Below, one piece after another: positions 1 through 10,156 of a stretch of DNA of 27,954 nucleotides. Numbering within the stretch: the stretch's first letter is position 1; the number at the start of each line of letters is the position of its first letter. Below the pieces are notes generated by a model. That model did not search any database. It was not told the origin of the DNA and saw nothing but the letters and a program-made list of their open reading frames with translations. The DNA lies in assembly GCA_964644725.1 (NCBI GenBank), contig CAZXXV010000002.1:1-27954 (forward strand), given 5' to 3'. A program made the position numbers and the translations under genes. The DNA is from an uncultured bacterium. Its GTDB lineage: Bacteria; Methylomirabilota; Methylomirabilia; Methylomirabilales; 2-02-FULL-66-22.

Positions 1-500
<500 letters not shown>

Positions 501-535
501 ATGCTCCTCGATAAGTGAGCCGAGGGCCTAGTGAG

Positions 536-604
536 GCGAGCCGAGTCCCCGCCGCAGGCGTTCATTCCCGGCTCTCGGCTCGCGACTCTCGGCGCTCGAC
601 TCTT
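536..604. repeat. Heptamer tandem repeat (GGCTCTC GGCTCGC GACTCTC GGCGCTC GACTCTT, 570-604) plus a 10-bp inverted repeat (536-545 with 574-583)
   Basis: Read directly from the gap between the TPR gene and moxR. Confidence 0.8.
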
Positions 605-611
605 AGTTGAT

Positions 612-2009
612 CTACTCTCCCCTGCGCAGTTTGTTCAGATGCTTCTTGGCGATGTCTACCCATTCCTTCTCTGAGGGCAGCGTGGATGCCAGCTCGATGT
701 ATCGCTCCCACTGATCGATGGCTTTCTTCGCGTCCACCTTCTCATAGACCAGGGCCAGGCCATAGGTGGCACCCGGATGGCGCGGATCGATGGAGAGGAC
801 CTGGCCGTAGCGCGCGATGGCCTCCTGATACAGGCCCTTCTCCTCGTAGAGCTCCGCCAAGTTCAGATGGGCTTCCATGAGCTTGGGGTCGAGCCGGATG
901 GCGCGTTCATATTCGGCCACGGCCTCGTGGTACAGTTGCTTCTCGTTGTAGTAGATCTTGCCCAGGCCGTAATGTACCCGGGCGTTCTCGGGCTCGAGTT
1001 GCAGCGCCTTCCGGTACTCGGCAATGGCCTCGTCGGACTGGCCCTTGGCCTGGCGGGCATCCCCCAGACCGACATACGCCTCCGCATAGTCCGGCGAGAG
1101 CTCCACGGCCTTCAGGTACGCCTGGATGGCCTGATCGTACAGGCGGCGCGGGCTGCTGACTAAGAGGTCACCCAGCCACCTGTAGGCATCCGGGAAGTTC
1201 GGATCGAGCTGGATGGCCTTGCGGATCTCCCCCGACCCCTTCCACCGGTTGTTGGTCGCGTAGAGGGAGATCCCCAGGCCATAGTGGGCCAGGGCGAAGT
1301 TCTGGTCCGCCTCCAGCGCCTTGCCAAACAGCGCGACGGCCTGCTCGTGGCCCTCCCGGGTCCGCAGGCCCTGCCGCCACATCGCCCGAGCGTACAGGGT
1401 GTAGGCTTCCAGAGAACTCGTGTGCTTGGCGAAGGCCGCCTGCAGGCGGCGCTCGTCGTGAGACGACAGCTTCACCTGGAATTGCTGGAGAAGCTGCCGC
1501 GCGATCCGCTCCTGGCCTGCCAGGAGCTCGCCCACGGGCCCGGCGATCTCCTCGATCTGATGGACCTGGCCCCCGTCGCGCGTGTCTGCAACCTTCGCCT
1601 GGACCTTCAGCGTGTCCCCGTCCAGGCTGTAGGTGCCGCTCACCAGCCCTCGCGCCTGGAGGTCGCGCGCCAGCTTGAGTGCGGCCTCATCCGTGAGGAC
1701 GTCAGCCAGAGACACGCTCAGACGCTGCCCCGCCCCCAGGATGGAGTCGGAGTCCACCACACGCACGGCGCGAACCTGGCGCAGCCCGTGCCGGATCGCC
1801 TCACCGAGGGCCTCCCCGAACGCCTCGGGCACGCCAGCGGCCGGCCCGACGAACGGGACAACCGCCAGCGGGATCTTCGGGGGAGCGGCCGGTGCCGGCG
1901 CCGCAGGCGCGGCCGCCAGACCCGGGGACGCTGCCATCCACAAAGCGACCATCAGCAGCAGGGCCACGACGGTGCGGCCCTGCGCGCTTCTAGTTGTTGC
2001 TCGCGTCAC
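612..2009 (-). CDS. Exported TPR-repeat protein with an N-terminal CsgG/FlgO/TolB-N-like alpha/beta domain
   Basis: ORF 612..2141; in-frame GTG at 2009 preferred because it avoids overlap with the upstream gene (start uncertain). Hydrophobic signal-like segment VVALLLMVALWMAASPGLA; IPLAVVPF...ISGTY-type domain (GLVSGTYSLDG); several TPR units (e.g. AIQAYLKAVELSPDYAEAYVGLG, AIAEYRKALQLEPENARVHYGLG). Confidence 0.85.
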   Translation of the reverse strand: MTRATTRSAQGRTVVALLLMVALWMAASPGLAAAPAAPAPAAPPKIPLAVVPFVGPAAGVPEAFGEALGEAIRHGLRQVRAVRVVDSDSILGAGQRLSVSLADVLTDEAALKLARDLQARGLVSGTYSLDGDTLKVQAKVADTRDGGQVHQIEEIAGPVGELLAGQERIARQLLQQFQVKLSSHDERRLQAAFAKHTSSLEAYTLYARAMWRQGLRTREGHEQAVALFGKALEADQNFALAHYGLGISLYATNNRWKGSGEIRKAIQLDPNFPDAYRWLGDLLVSSPRRLYDQAIQAYLKAVELSPDYAEAYVGLGDARQAKGQSDEAIAEYRKALQLEPENARVHYGLGKIYYNEKQLYHEAVAEYERAIRLDPKLMEAHLNLAELYEEKGLYQEAIARYGQVLSIDPRHPGATYGLALVYEKVDAKKAIDQWERYIELASTLPSEKEWVDIAKKHLNKLRRGE

Positions 2010-2118
2010 CCCATGTATTTCCCCTCCTCTGCCCTTCGACAGCGTTGCATGTGGAATGCCCTGGGTCGTTACGTGTTTCAGTCCCGGTGCCTTTCGGGCC
2101 AGGCTACCATAGACGCGC

Positions 2119-5100
2119 TCATGCCCGCCGCCCGCGGCCACCGAACCGCGCGGCGGCCGGGACGGCTGAACCTGCGGCCGTCGAAGACCCGCCGGCCCGC
2201 CGGCCCGTCAAGCCTCGCCCAACGGCCCCCCGAAATCGCAATCTCCGGATGGCCACATCCGGCAGGAACAGCAAGAGCGCCAGGGCCAGGAAGTACGGCC
2301 ATGCCTCGATCCAGATCCGGACCTTCTGCCGGTTCTGGGTGAAATTCTCCGCCGGCCGCGCGGGGGAAGCCCCGCCCGAGAGCATCGCCACGTCGCGGAG
2401 CATCCCCTCGTTGACCGCCAGGGCCCGGTGCTCCGGCGAGTACGGGACCACCAGCGATGCCACCTCGGACCCGATCGTCTTCTGGTCCTTCCGTTCCGCC
2501 ACACCCACGAGGTAGGCTCCCTGCTCCGCGGCCGGGAAGGCGCCGCGGTATCGCCCGGGGCCCACCTGCACGAGCGGCAGGACTCCCTGGGTCTTATCCG
2601 GGTAGACCACGCCGGCGTTGGCCTCCAGGAAGTTCACGAACTCTCCCTTCGCGTCCACGGCCTCAAGCTGGATCTCGCCGCGCCCGCCGCGCTGGATGAC
2701 CGAGGTCACGACTTCGCTCCGCTGCGCCGTCCTGAGCGTCCAGCGGACCAGTTGGCCGAAGAGCTTGCCGAACTCGTCCCACTTCAGCCACAGGATCCCC
2801 CACTTTCCCTTGGCATCGGAGGTGAAGGCCACGGTGCGACCCAGGCCGTAGCGCCAGGCCGATAGGATGGGGTCCCGCTGGTTCGAGATCAGGATCGTAT
2901 CCGCCGTCGGCTTGGGCGTCGCGGACACGTAGCCGCCCAGGGGCGGGACGCGGTCCCACTGGATGTCCTGGGCGATCTCGTGGCCCGGATGGACCAGCGC
3001 CGGCCGGAACGGCTGCTCGATGATGGAAGCCTTGCTGGCCAGTTGCGTCTCCAGTGTCAGGATCCGGGGAATGCTGTAGAGGTCGTCGGTATAGTAGAAG
3101 CGCCCCCGACCCCAGCGGGAGAGATCCGTCATGAACTTGACGTCCGCATCCTTGCCGATGGCCACGGAGGAGACGGTGATCTTGTCCTGCTGCATCCGGC
3201 GCACCAGGCCCGCGAAGTCCGCGGCCTGCACCTCGCCGTCGGAGAGCACCAGGACATGGCGCAGGAGCGCCTTCCGGTCGTAGATGGCTGCATACGCCTC
3301 CTTCAGCGGGGCAAACAGTTCGGTGCCGCCGCCCGCCTTGATGGTGGCGATCTCCTTGAGGATCCGATCCTTGTCCTTGGCCGAGCCCATGGGGACCACC
3401 CAGCTCCAGGCGGTGTCGAAGGCAATGACCCCGATCTCGTTCCGCTCGTCCAGAAGCTCCACCACGAGCTGGGCCGCCTCCTTGGCCAGGTCTACCTTGG
3501 AGAAGCGGGAGTCTATGCTGGTCTCCATGCTGCCGGACCGGTCGATGACCAGTATCACCGCCAGAGAGGGGATCTCGACTTTCTGCCGTGCCTCCATGGT
3601 CACCGGCAGGGCCTCCTCGACGGGCGTGTGGTAGTAGCCGCCCACGCCGAAGCTTTCCTCGCCGCCCAGCATGATCAGGCCACCCCCCTGGTCCCGGACG
3701 TAGTTGCGGAGGAGTTCCATCTGCGGCTTCGTCACGCGGAGGGCGGAGATGTTGCTCAGGATGATGGAATCGTACTGCGTGAGGCCCTCCATGGTGGTGG
3801 GCAGCGCCTCGGAACCGACCATCTCCACCTGGAGATTCTGCGCCCGCAGGGCGTTCAGCAGGTGCGCCCCTTGGTCGCGGTCCTTTTCGACATAGAGCAC
3901 CCTCGGCCGCCCGCGGACCGCCACCAGCCCCACGCCCCGGTTGTTCTCCTCGACCACGTCGTCGGGCGCCTCCAGGCGCGCCTGGAAGATGTGAAATCCG
4001 CCCTCATCGATGGACTGCTGGTAGGCGAAGACGTTCTTCCCGGCCGTGAGGTTGACGGGCTGGGCGCCCACGAACTCCCCATCCCGGTACACGGAGATGC
4101 GGCCCGCGGTCTCCTTCGCGCTCCAGGCCACGACGCGGACCAGGAAGGATTCGCCAAATTTCACCTCTTGCGGGACCACCAGGCGCTCCACCAGGACCTC
4201 GCCCGCATAGTCGTTCCTCAGGGGCACCACGTAGATGTCCGCCCCTTCGGCGCGGGCCCGCTGGGCGGCCTCGCGGGCGCTTCCCTGGTTCTCGTTGCCG
4301 TCGGTGAGGAGCACGATCCGCTTCGCGCCCTCGCGCGGGAAGGCGGCCAGGGCCAGCTTGATGGCCGCCCCGATGTCCGTCGCCCGGCTGGCAGCAGTGG
4401 CCGGCGCCTTCGCCGGCAGCGGATCGGTCCCCAGCGGGGTCTCCAGCACCGGGCTCCCGCCGAAGACGATCACGCCGTATCGGTCTCGCTTGTCGGCCGC
4501 CTTGACCGCATCCTGGATGTACTGCCAGGCCTTCGCCTTGTTCTCCAGCGAGACGCTGTCCGAGGTATCCAGCAGGAACAGGACGTTCAGTTGTTCCGTG
4601 GTGCGGTACAGGCCCGCGCCGCCCAGCCCGGCGATCACAAGCCCGATCACGATGACTCGGATAGCGGCGGCGGTGATCGGCCACTGGCCCTTCGCCTGGC
4701 GGTAGTACAGGGCCCCTTCCAGGAGGAGCAGGACGAGGCCCAGAATGGCAAACAGCTTCCAAGGCTCCTGGCGCGACGGGAAGGCGGCGGGCCCTTCTTC
4801 GGACGTCCCCTGGCCGCCTCGCTCCGGCAGCGCTTGCGCTCGGGGGACCACGTTGGACTCCCCATCCGACAGGAGGTTCACGGCGAAGCGCTGTTCCCAC
4901 GCGCCCGCCTTCAGGGTGTAGACGCCGGCGTGGGTCGTCTCGACGACACTCACTCGGCCATCCGCGTCCGCCCGGAGGGCGTGGGTCTTGCCGGTGGGAT
5001 CGGTGAGGGTGGCCTCCCGCACGCCCGCCGGCAGGCCGGTCGTCAGGGGCTGGCCGGTGCGGAGTTGCAGGCCCGCATCTTCGATCTGGCTTGGGTACAG

Positions 5101-6537
5101 CCACCGCAGGGCGTTGCTGATGAACAGGGGGAACGCCACTCGGAGGGGAAAGTCGGTCCGATAGAGGTCGAACCCGACGAAGATGGCCTTCACGCCCCCC
5201 TCGTCCACGGCATAGATGAGGGGCGTGAGATTGGATTCCGCCAGGGCGCGCCCGCCACCAACGGATCGCACGCGCATGGCGTTCTGGATCGCGACCTTGG
5301 AGAGGTCCAGGTAGCGCATTGCCGGGTGGTTCCGATCCCAGTCGATGATGGGCGGCTCCTCAACGCGCCCCAGGACTTCCAGTGGGATCCCCTCGGGAGC
5401 GGTGTTGAACAGGAGGTACCGCCCCGCCGGCACCTTCTTCGCGGGGACGTTATCCAGGATCACCACATCGTACTGGGCCGCCTTCTCCAAGAGGTCCGGT
5501 GTCCCTGGTTCCACCTGGAGCTGCGGGTCCGCCGCCAGAGCCTTCTCCAGGAAGGCGTTGCCCGAACTGATGAGGAGGACTCGCAGGGGCCGTGGAGGCG
5601 GAATCACGGCCAGGGCCTGGTTATCCACGGCCAGCTCGTCCTCGGCGTTGATCTCCGCCCGGAGAATCCCGCCCGCGGTGTGGGTGAACGGGATGACGAA
5701 GGAGCGCTTGACCTCGGGGCCCAGGGTCACGTGCTCCACTTTGAGGGGCTTCCCGTCCAGCGTCAGGCCGAGATCGAACGTCGCCGTTTCGCCGCTGTAG
5801 TTCGCCACCGACAGGAAGGCCTGGTAATCGAAGGCCCCGAAGTACGTCTTGCGCGTCTCGAACGCGGTGATGCCGATGTTCTTGCCGCGCTGGGCGAACC
5901 GGTGCCAGCGGATGGCCGCTCCGCCCAGGTCGGGCACGGTCGGGGGATCGAACGCCCCGTCGGTGAAGACGTGAACGACGGCCGTGCGGCCCCTCTGCTG
6001 GAGATTGGCCTGGGCCAGGCGGAAGGCCTCCTCCAGCCGCCCCTCCACATCCAGGGCCTCGAGCCCCTCGACGGCTCGCTGGAGCACCCGCTGCTCCCCG
6101 GTGAATGGGACCAGGACCCGCGCCTCGTGCCCCGAGGCAATGACCATGGCCTGCTGGCCCGGGCGGAGCCGCTCGATCTCCGCCAGGGCCGCGTGCTTGG
6201 CTGCGGTGACGCGCGAGCCCGCCAGGTCGCGGGTCTGCATGCTGGCCGAGACGTCCAGGATGAAGACGTTCCGCTCGTACCCTGTGGCCAACACCGTTCG
6301 CACCGGCTTGGCCAGGGCCAGGGCCAGGAGCAGAATGGCCAGGAGCTGGAGCAGCAGGAGCAGATTCGGCTTCAGCCGACGGAATGGCGCGGTCGCCTGC
6401 TGGTCCCGCAGGCTGTCCGCCCAGAAGAGGGTGCTGCTCACGACGGCCTGCTGGCGGCGGATCTTCAGCAGGTGGAACAGGATCACCACCGGGATCGTGA
6501 GCAGCAGCAGGAACGCGGCCGGGTTGAGAAAGGTCAT
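2119..6537 (-). CDS. Large membrane-anchored BatA-domain / triple-VWA protein (1472 aa), with a GATase1-like segment
   Basis: BatA-type N-terminus MTFLNPAAFLLLLTIPVVILFHLL...SSTLFW; three MIDAS DxSxS motifs (FILDVSASM, LLDTSDSVS, VIDRSGSME); YDSIILSNI...GGGLIMLGG GATase1-like segment; WRYGLGRTVAFTSD; C-terminal TM. Confidence 0.9.
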   Translation of the reverse strand: MTFLNPAAFLLLLTIPVVILFHLLKIRRQQAVVSSTLFWADSLRDQQATAPFRRLKPNLLLLLQLLAILLLALALAKPVRTVLATGYERNVFILDVSASMQTRDLAGSRVTAAKHAALAEIERLRPGQQAMVIASGHEARVLVPFTGEQRVLQRAVEGLEALDVEGRLEEAFRLAQANLQQRGRTAVVHVFTDGAFDPPTVPDLGGAAIRWHRFAQRGKNIGITAFETRKTYFGAFDYQAFLSVANYSGETATFDLGLTLDGKPLKVEHVTLGPEVKRSFVIPFTHTAGGILRAEINAEDELAVDNQALAVIPPPRPLRVLLISSGNAFLEKALAADPQLQVEPGTPDLLEKAAQYDVVILDNVPAKKVPAGRYLLFNTAPEGIPLEVLGRVEEPPIIDWDRNHPAMRYLDLSKVAIQNAMRVRSVGGGRALAESNLTPLIYAVDEGGVKAIFVGFDLYRTDFPLRVAFPLFISNALRWLYPSQIEDAGLQLRTGQPLTTGLPAGVREATLTDPTGKTHALRADADGRVSVVETTHAGVYTLKAGAWEQRFAVNLLSDGESNVVPRAQALPERGGQGTSEEGPAAFPSRQEPWKLFAILGLVLLLLEGALYYRQAKGQWPITAAAIRVIVIGLVIAGLGGAGLYRTTEQLNVLFLLDTSDSVSLENKAKAWQYIQDAVKAADKRDRYGVIVFGGSPVLETPLGTDPLPAKAPATAASRATDIGAAIKLALAAFPREGAKRIVLLTDGNENQGSAREAAQRARAEGADIYVVPLRNDYAGEVLVERLVVPQEVKFGESFLVRVVAWSAKETAGRISVYRDGEFVGAQPVNLTAGKNVFAYQQSIDEGGFHIFQARLEAPDDVVEENNRGVGLVAVRGRPRVLYVEKDRDQGAHLLNALRAQNLQVEMVGSEALPTTMEGLTQYDSIILSNISALRVTKPQMELLRNYVRDQGGGLIMLGGEESFGVGGYYHTPVEEALPVTMEARQKVEIPSLAVILVIDRSGSMETSIDSRFSKVDLAKEAAQLVVELLDERNEIGVIAFDTAWSWVVPMGSAKDKDRILKEIATIKAGGGTELFAPLKEAYAAIYDRKALLRHVLVLSDGEVQAADFAGLVRRMQQDKITVSSVAIGKDADVKFMTDLSRWGRGRFYYTDDLYSIPRILTLETQLASKASIIEQPFRPALVHPGHEIAQDIQWDRVPPLGGYVSATPKPTADTILISNQRDPILSAWRYGLGRTVAFTSDAKGKWGILWLKWDEFGKLFGQLVRWTLRTAQRSEVVTSVIQRGGRGEIQLEAVDAKGEFVNFLEANAGVVYPDKTQGVLPLVQVGPGRYRGAFPAAEQGAYLVGVAERKDQKTIGSEVASLVVPYSPEHRALAVNEGMLRDVAMLSGGASPARPAENFTQNRQKVRIWIEAWPYFLALALLLFLPDVAIRRLRFRGAVGRGLTGRRAGGSSTAAGSAVPAAARFGGRGRRA

Positions 6538-7415
6538 CGCAGAAATCCGCCTCGCCGCAAGTGCCGGAGGATCAAGTCCTGAAACGGCACCGTGGTGCTG
6601 GTGCGCAGATAATCAATCCGGTGGCTGGCGCAGAACCGTTCCACTTCCGCGAAGTGGCCCTGGAGGCGTTCCTGGTAGCGCTCCAGCGCCGCGCGATCCA
6701 GGCTGACCTCGCGGCTCGTGCCCCCCTCCGCATCCAGGAGCGTGAGGTCCCCCCGCAAGAGCGGCTGGAGTTCGTCCTCGCTCACCACGTGCAGCAGAAA
6801 CACCTCGAAGCGGCGGCGCAGGAGGGCCTTCAGGCCGTCGGCGTAGCCGCCGGGATCGAGAAGGTCGGTGAGGACCACCGCGATCCCCGGTACGCGGCTG
6901 CGCAAGGCGTAGTTCGCCAGGCAGCCGTTGAGATCCGTGGGTCCCTTGGCCTCCACGTTGGACAGGAACTCCAGCAGGGGAAAGATTTGCCCTCGGCCGC
7001 GGCGCGGCCGCAGCATGTGGGTGAGTTCTCCCGAAAAATATCCGAGGGCCACGCGTTCAAAATTGGCGAGGCCGATGTACCCGAGGGCGGCTGCCACCTG
7101 CAGGGCGTAGTCCAGCTTCGGCGGCTGTCCGAACCCCATGGAGGCACTGCCATCCACCAGGAGGTGGACGCACAGGTCCTCCTCCTCCACGTACAGCTTG
7201 AGGAGCAGCCTGTCCAGTCGGCTGTAGATGTTCCAGTCCACGTAGCGGAGGTCGTCCCCCATCACATACGGTCGGTAATCCTGGAACTCGACGCCGGCCC
7301 CCTTGCGAAAGCTGCGCCGCTCGCCCTTGGCCCGACCCGTCACCACCTTTCGGGAGACGATGGAGAGAGCGTCCAGTCGTTTCAGGAACGTTTCATCAAA
7401 GGCGCGTTGTGCCAT
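6534..7415 (-). CDS. DUF58 domain protein (MoxR-associated, VWA-like)
   Basis: GERRSFRKGAGVEFQDYRPYVMGDDLRYVDWN...KLYVEEED...LVDGSASM motifs; stop overlaps the next start (ATGA). Confidence 0.92.
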   Translation of the reverse strand: MAQRAFDETFLKRLDALSIVSRKVVTGRAKGERRSFRKGAGVEFQDYRPYVMGDDLRYVDWNIYSRLDRLLLKLYVEEEDLCVHLLVDGSASMGFGQPPKLDYALQVAAALGYIGLANFERVALGYFSGELTHMLRPRRGRGQIFPLLEFLSNVEAKGPTDLNGCLANYALRSRVPGIAVVLTDLLDPGGYADGLKALLRRRFEVFLLHVVSEDELQPLLRGDLTLLDAEGGTSREVSLDRAALERYQERLQGHFAEVERFCASHRIDYLRTSTTVPFQDLILRHLRRGGFLR

Positions 7416-7431
7416 GAACCACCCGATCGAG

Positions 7432-7459
7432 TCGTGAAGCGTAAGGCGTGAAACGTGAA
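7432..7459. repeat. Heptamer tandem repeat (TCGTGAA GCGTAAG GCGTGAA ACGTGAA)
   Basis: Four degenerate 7-bp units in the 80-bp gap upstream of DUF58. Confidence 0.75.
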
Positions 7460-7495
7460 TGGAGCGCGGGCCCGCAGGATCGATCCCTGCGGGCC

Positions 7496-8959
7496 TCAGC
7501 GGTTCTCCAGGGACTTGAAGTATTCCTTCACCTGCTCCCGGTAGTTGAACGGAATCGGCTCTTTGGTCAGGGTCTCCTCCATCATCTTCTGGTATTGCGA
7601 GAAGACGTCCATGTACTGCAGGCGCGAGGGATTCTGGGTCCCCGGTCCAGAGAGGTTGGTTTCGTAGGCCTCCATCTGGCCCTCGCGTAGCTCGCCTTCC
7701 AGCATGGAATCCTGCTTCTCCCCCCCGATCCGCGGGGTGGGATCGCCCTTGGTCTCCAGCGACTTCCCCGTGCCCGGGAGCGAGCCGCCCGTGGAACCGT
7801 CCTCGCTCTGGCCTTGCTCGCCCTCGCCCCGTTCCTTCCCCGAGCCGCCCTGCTGGCCTGGTGCCTCGCGCAGGTTGCGTCCCTTGCCGCGGCCGGCCTG
7901 GTCGCGATCGCGAAGCCGATTCAGGGCGCGCGACAAGGCGTCCATCATCTTGTCGGTAGAGCCTCCGCCCTCACGCTGCAGCTCGCTCATGAGGTCGTCG
8001 GGCAACCCGCCGCTTCCGAACCGCTGCGCACTCTGTCCCATTTCGGAGAGGAGGCGCTCGATCTGCTCCCACGTGAGGCCCTGCATCCGCCCCGACCGCA
8101 CCTGTTCCTGCATGCGCCGGATCATCACCTGGTACGGGCTCTGGGTGAAGTCCCGCTTCAGGTCCGGGATGCTCTCCGGCCGCGCCAGCAGCTTCAACCG
8201 CTCGTCCCCCTGCTTGATGAAGCTCCCGAAATCCGGCCGTTGCTGGCTCATCTTGGTGTCCTGGAAGATAGCGGCCAAGTCCCCGGTTTGCTCCCGCGCC
8301 GAGAGTGGCCCGCGCGGTGCCTCGCGCTCTTTTGTCTTCGGGAAGAGCTGGTCGGGCACGGCGGGGGTCGCCAGCTTCTGCTCCAGGGGCTTTTCCCGCT
8401 TTGCTTCCTCCTCGGTCGTGGCCTCGCGGCTGCTGGAGTCGCCCCCGGTAGCCGGCAGGCGCAACGGGAGAGGAGGCAACAGGGCGAGGGCCAGCGCCAG
8501 GGCGGCCACGGGCGCCGCCCACCGGGCTTCCGGCGGGAGGTGCACGGGAAACGCGCCTTCCGCACGGATCTCCCCCAGGCGGGCGGCCGTCTCGGCGAGC
8601 TGGGCGCGGACCATGTCGATGGGGTCGGCTGTCCCCTCCGGCGCGGCGGACAGATGCTCCTGCGCGCTGGTCAGGCGCTCCTTGAGATTGAGGCGCAAGT
8701 CTGCCAGGCGCGCAGCGTGGGCCGCGGGGAGTGGTGCCATGAGGCCATACAGGAATCCCAACAGCGCCAGGCCCACCACGAGGCCCCAGGCGACGAGAGG
8801 GCCGGCGGCAGGAAAGAGCCCTTTCACCAGCAGTGGCGCGAGGGCGAGCGCCAGGCCCACCACGAGGAAACGGATGCTGGCAGTCAGGGCCCGAACCAGG
8901 CGGAGGCGGCGCGAGAGGGAGCGAAGCGTCGTGCGGATTAACTCGCGATCATCCACCAT
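7496..8959 (-). CDS. MoxR-locus membrane protein with helical and Gly/Gln-rich C-terminal region (DUF4175-like)
   Basis: N-terminal TMs, AARLADLRLNLKERLTSA motif, a third TM, low-complexity GQQGGSG region, terminal IPFNYREQVKEYF motif typical of proteins in MoxR/DUF58/VWA loci; GGAG RBS. Confidence 0.8.
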   Translation of the reverse strand: MVDDRELIRTTLRSLSRRLRLVRALTASIRFLVVGLALALAPLLVKGLFPAAGPLVAWGLVVGLALLGFLYGLMAPLPAAHAARLADLRLNLKERLTSAQEHLSAAPEGTADPIDMVRAQLAETAARLGEIRAEGAFPVHLPPEARWAAPVAALALALALLPPLPLRLPATGGDSSSREATTEEEAKREKPLEQKLATPAVPDQLFPKTKEREAPRGPLSAREQTGDLAAIFQDTKMSQQRPDFGSFIKQGDERLKLLARPESIPDLKRDFTQSPYQVMIRRMQEQVRSGRMQGLTWEQIERLLSEMGQSAQRFGSGGLPDDLMSELQREGGGSTDKMMDALSRALNRLRDRDQAGRGKGRNLREAPGQQGGSGKERGEGEQGQSEDGSTGGSLPGTGKSLETKGDPTPRIGGEKQDSMLEGELREGQMEAYETNLSGPGTQNPSRLQYMDVFSQYQKMMEETLTKEPIPFNYREQVKEYFKSLENR

Positions 8960-8962
8960 GGA

Positions 8963-10156
8963 TCAGATCTCCCTGCGGTCCGGACCGTTCGCCTTCCCCG
9001 CTCTATATTCCGCATTCATCATTCCGCATTCCGCATTCGACAGGCATTGACGCCGCCGAATGGCCCCGCCGCCCACCACCAAGTCGGGGTCGTTCGCGTC
9101 GTAGAAGACCGCGGCCTGTCCGGGGGCCACAGCCCGCTGGGGCTCGTCGAAACAGAGGCGCACGCGATCCGCGTCGCGGGGAATCACCGTCGCAGCCGCC
9201 GCCGGCTGGGCGTACCGAATCTTCGCCAGGACCCGCTGCGGCCCGGCCAGGCGCGCAACCGCGATGAGATTTACCCGGCCCACCTCGACATCTCGCGTCC
9301 AGAGATCCTTGTCTTCCCCGACGATGACCTCGTTCTTCCCGGGATCCAGATGGATCACGTAGAGGGGCTGGTGGTTCGCGATGCCGAGGCCGCGCCGCTG
9401 CCCGACCGTGTAGAGCGCCACTCCCTGGTGCTCCCCGCGCACCGCGCCGGCCGCATCCCGGATGATCCCCGGGATGATGGCATCTCCCACGCGCGCCCGG
9501 AGGTAGGTACGGTAGTCCCTGGAGACGAAGCAGATCTCCTGGCTATCGGGCTTTGTCGCCACCGCCAATCCCAACTCTGCGGCGAGGCGTCGGGTTTCTT
9601 CCTTCCGCAGGTGGCCCACCGGGAAAAGCGCTGCTGCCAGTTGATCCTGAGTCAGGTCGTAGAGAAAGTAGCTTTGGTCCTTCCGGGGATCCACGGCGCG
9701 TCGCAGCCGGTATCGTCCCGTGGCCGGGTCATACTCCACGCGAGCGTAGTGCCCGGTGGCCATACGCGTCGCACCCCACCCCTTCGCCCGAGCAAATAGC
9801 GAGCCGAACTTCAGTCGCGAGTTGCAGGGCACGCAGGGATTCGGGGTCTCGCCGTTGAGATAGGCCTCGGCGAAGTACTGGATGACCTCGCGATCAAACT
9901 CGGCCTCGTAGTTCAGCACATAGTGGGGAATCCCGAGCGTCTCCGCCACGGTCCGTGCGTCCTCCACCGCTTCCGGCGAGCAGCAACTGTCGAAGCGCTG
10001 GCTGGGGTCGGCCGGGCGCTGGCTGGGCCAGATCCGGAGGGTGATCCCGACGACCGGCACGCCCTGGCGAGCGAGGAGCGCCGCGGCCACGGATGAGTCC
10101 ACCCCGCCGCTCATGGCCACGACGGCCGTCCCCTTCGCCTGATGTGGAAATGTCAC
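8963..10156 (-). CDS. mnmA: tRNA 2-thiouridine(34) synthase MnmA
   Basis: AMSGGVDS, CCS, PNPCVPCN, ATGHYA, KDQSYFL, KPDSQEICF, GQRRGLG, PGQAAVFY. True start GTG at 10156 overlaps the iscS TGA; the ORF-track extension to 10843 overlaps iscS in another frame. Confidence 0.96.
   Translation of the reverse strand: MTFPHQAKGTAVVAMSGGVDSSVAAALLARQGVPVVGITLRIWPSQRPADPSQRFDSCCSPEAVEDARTVAETLGIPHYVLNYEAEFDREVIQYFAEAYLNGETPNPCVPCNSRLKFGSLFARAKGWGATRMATGHYARVEYDPATGRYRLRRAVDPRKDQSYFLYDLTQDQLAAALFPVGHLRKEETRRLAAELGLAVATKPDSQEICFVSRDYRTYLRARVGDAIIPGIIRDAAGAVRGEHQGVALYTVGQRRGLGIANHQPLYVIHLDPGKNEVIVGEDKDLWTRDVEVGRVNLIAVARLAGPQRVLAKIRYAQPAAAATVIPRDADRVRLCFDEPQRAVAPGQAAVFYDANDPDLVVGGGAIRRRQCLSNAECGMMNAEYRAGKANGPDRREI
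9007..9041. repeat. Heptamer tandem repeat (ATTCCGC ATTCATC ATTCCGC ATTCCGC ATTCGAC) inside the mnmA 3' end
   Basis: Five 7-bp units read directly. Confidence 0.85.

Noticed and set aside
2074-2083. GTGTTTCAGT as a second parS
   Set aside because: Only a partial half-site with no palindromic partner.
2980-6582. 1200-aa plus-strand ORF and other long antisense ORFs (1284-2342, 7704-9050, 13104-15449, 17993-19264; 25141-27315 on the minus strand)
   Set aside because: Shadow ORFs opposite well-supported genes; expected from high GC3 bias, with no recognisable motifs.
570-9041. Short repeats considered as a CRISPR array
   Set aside because: Units are 7 bp, tandem, without unique spacers; no cas genes.
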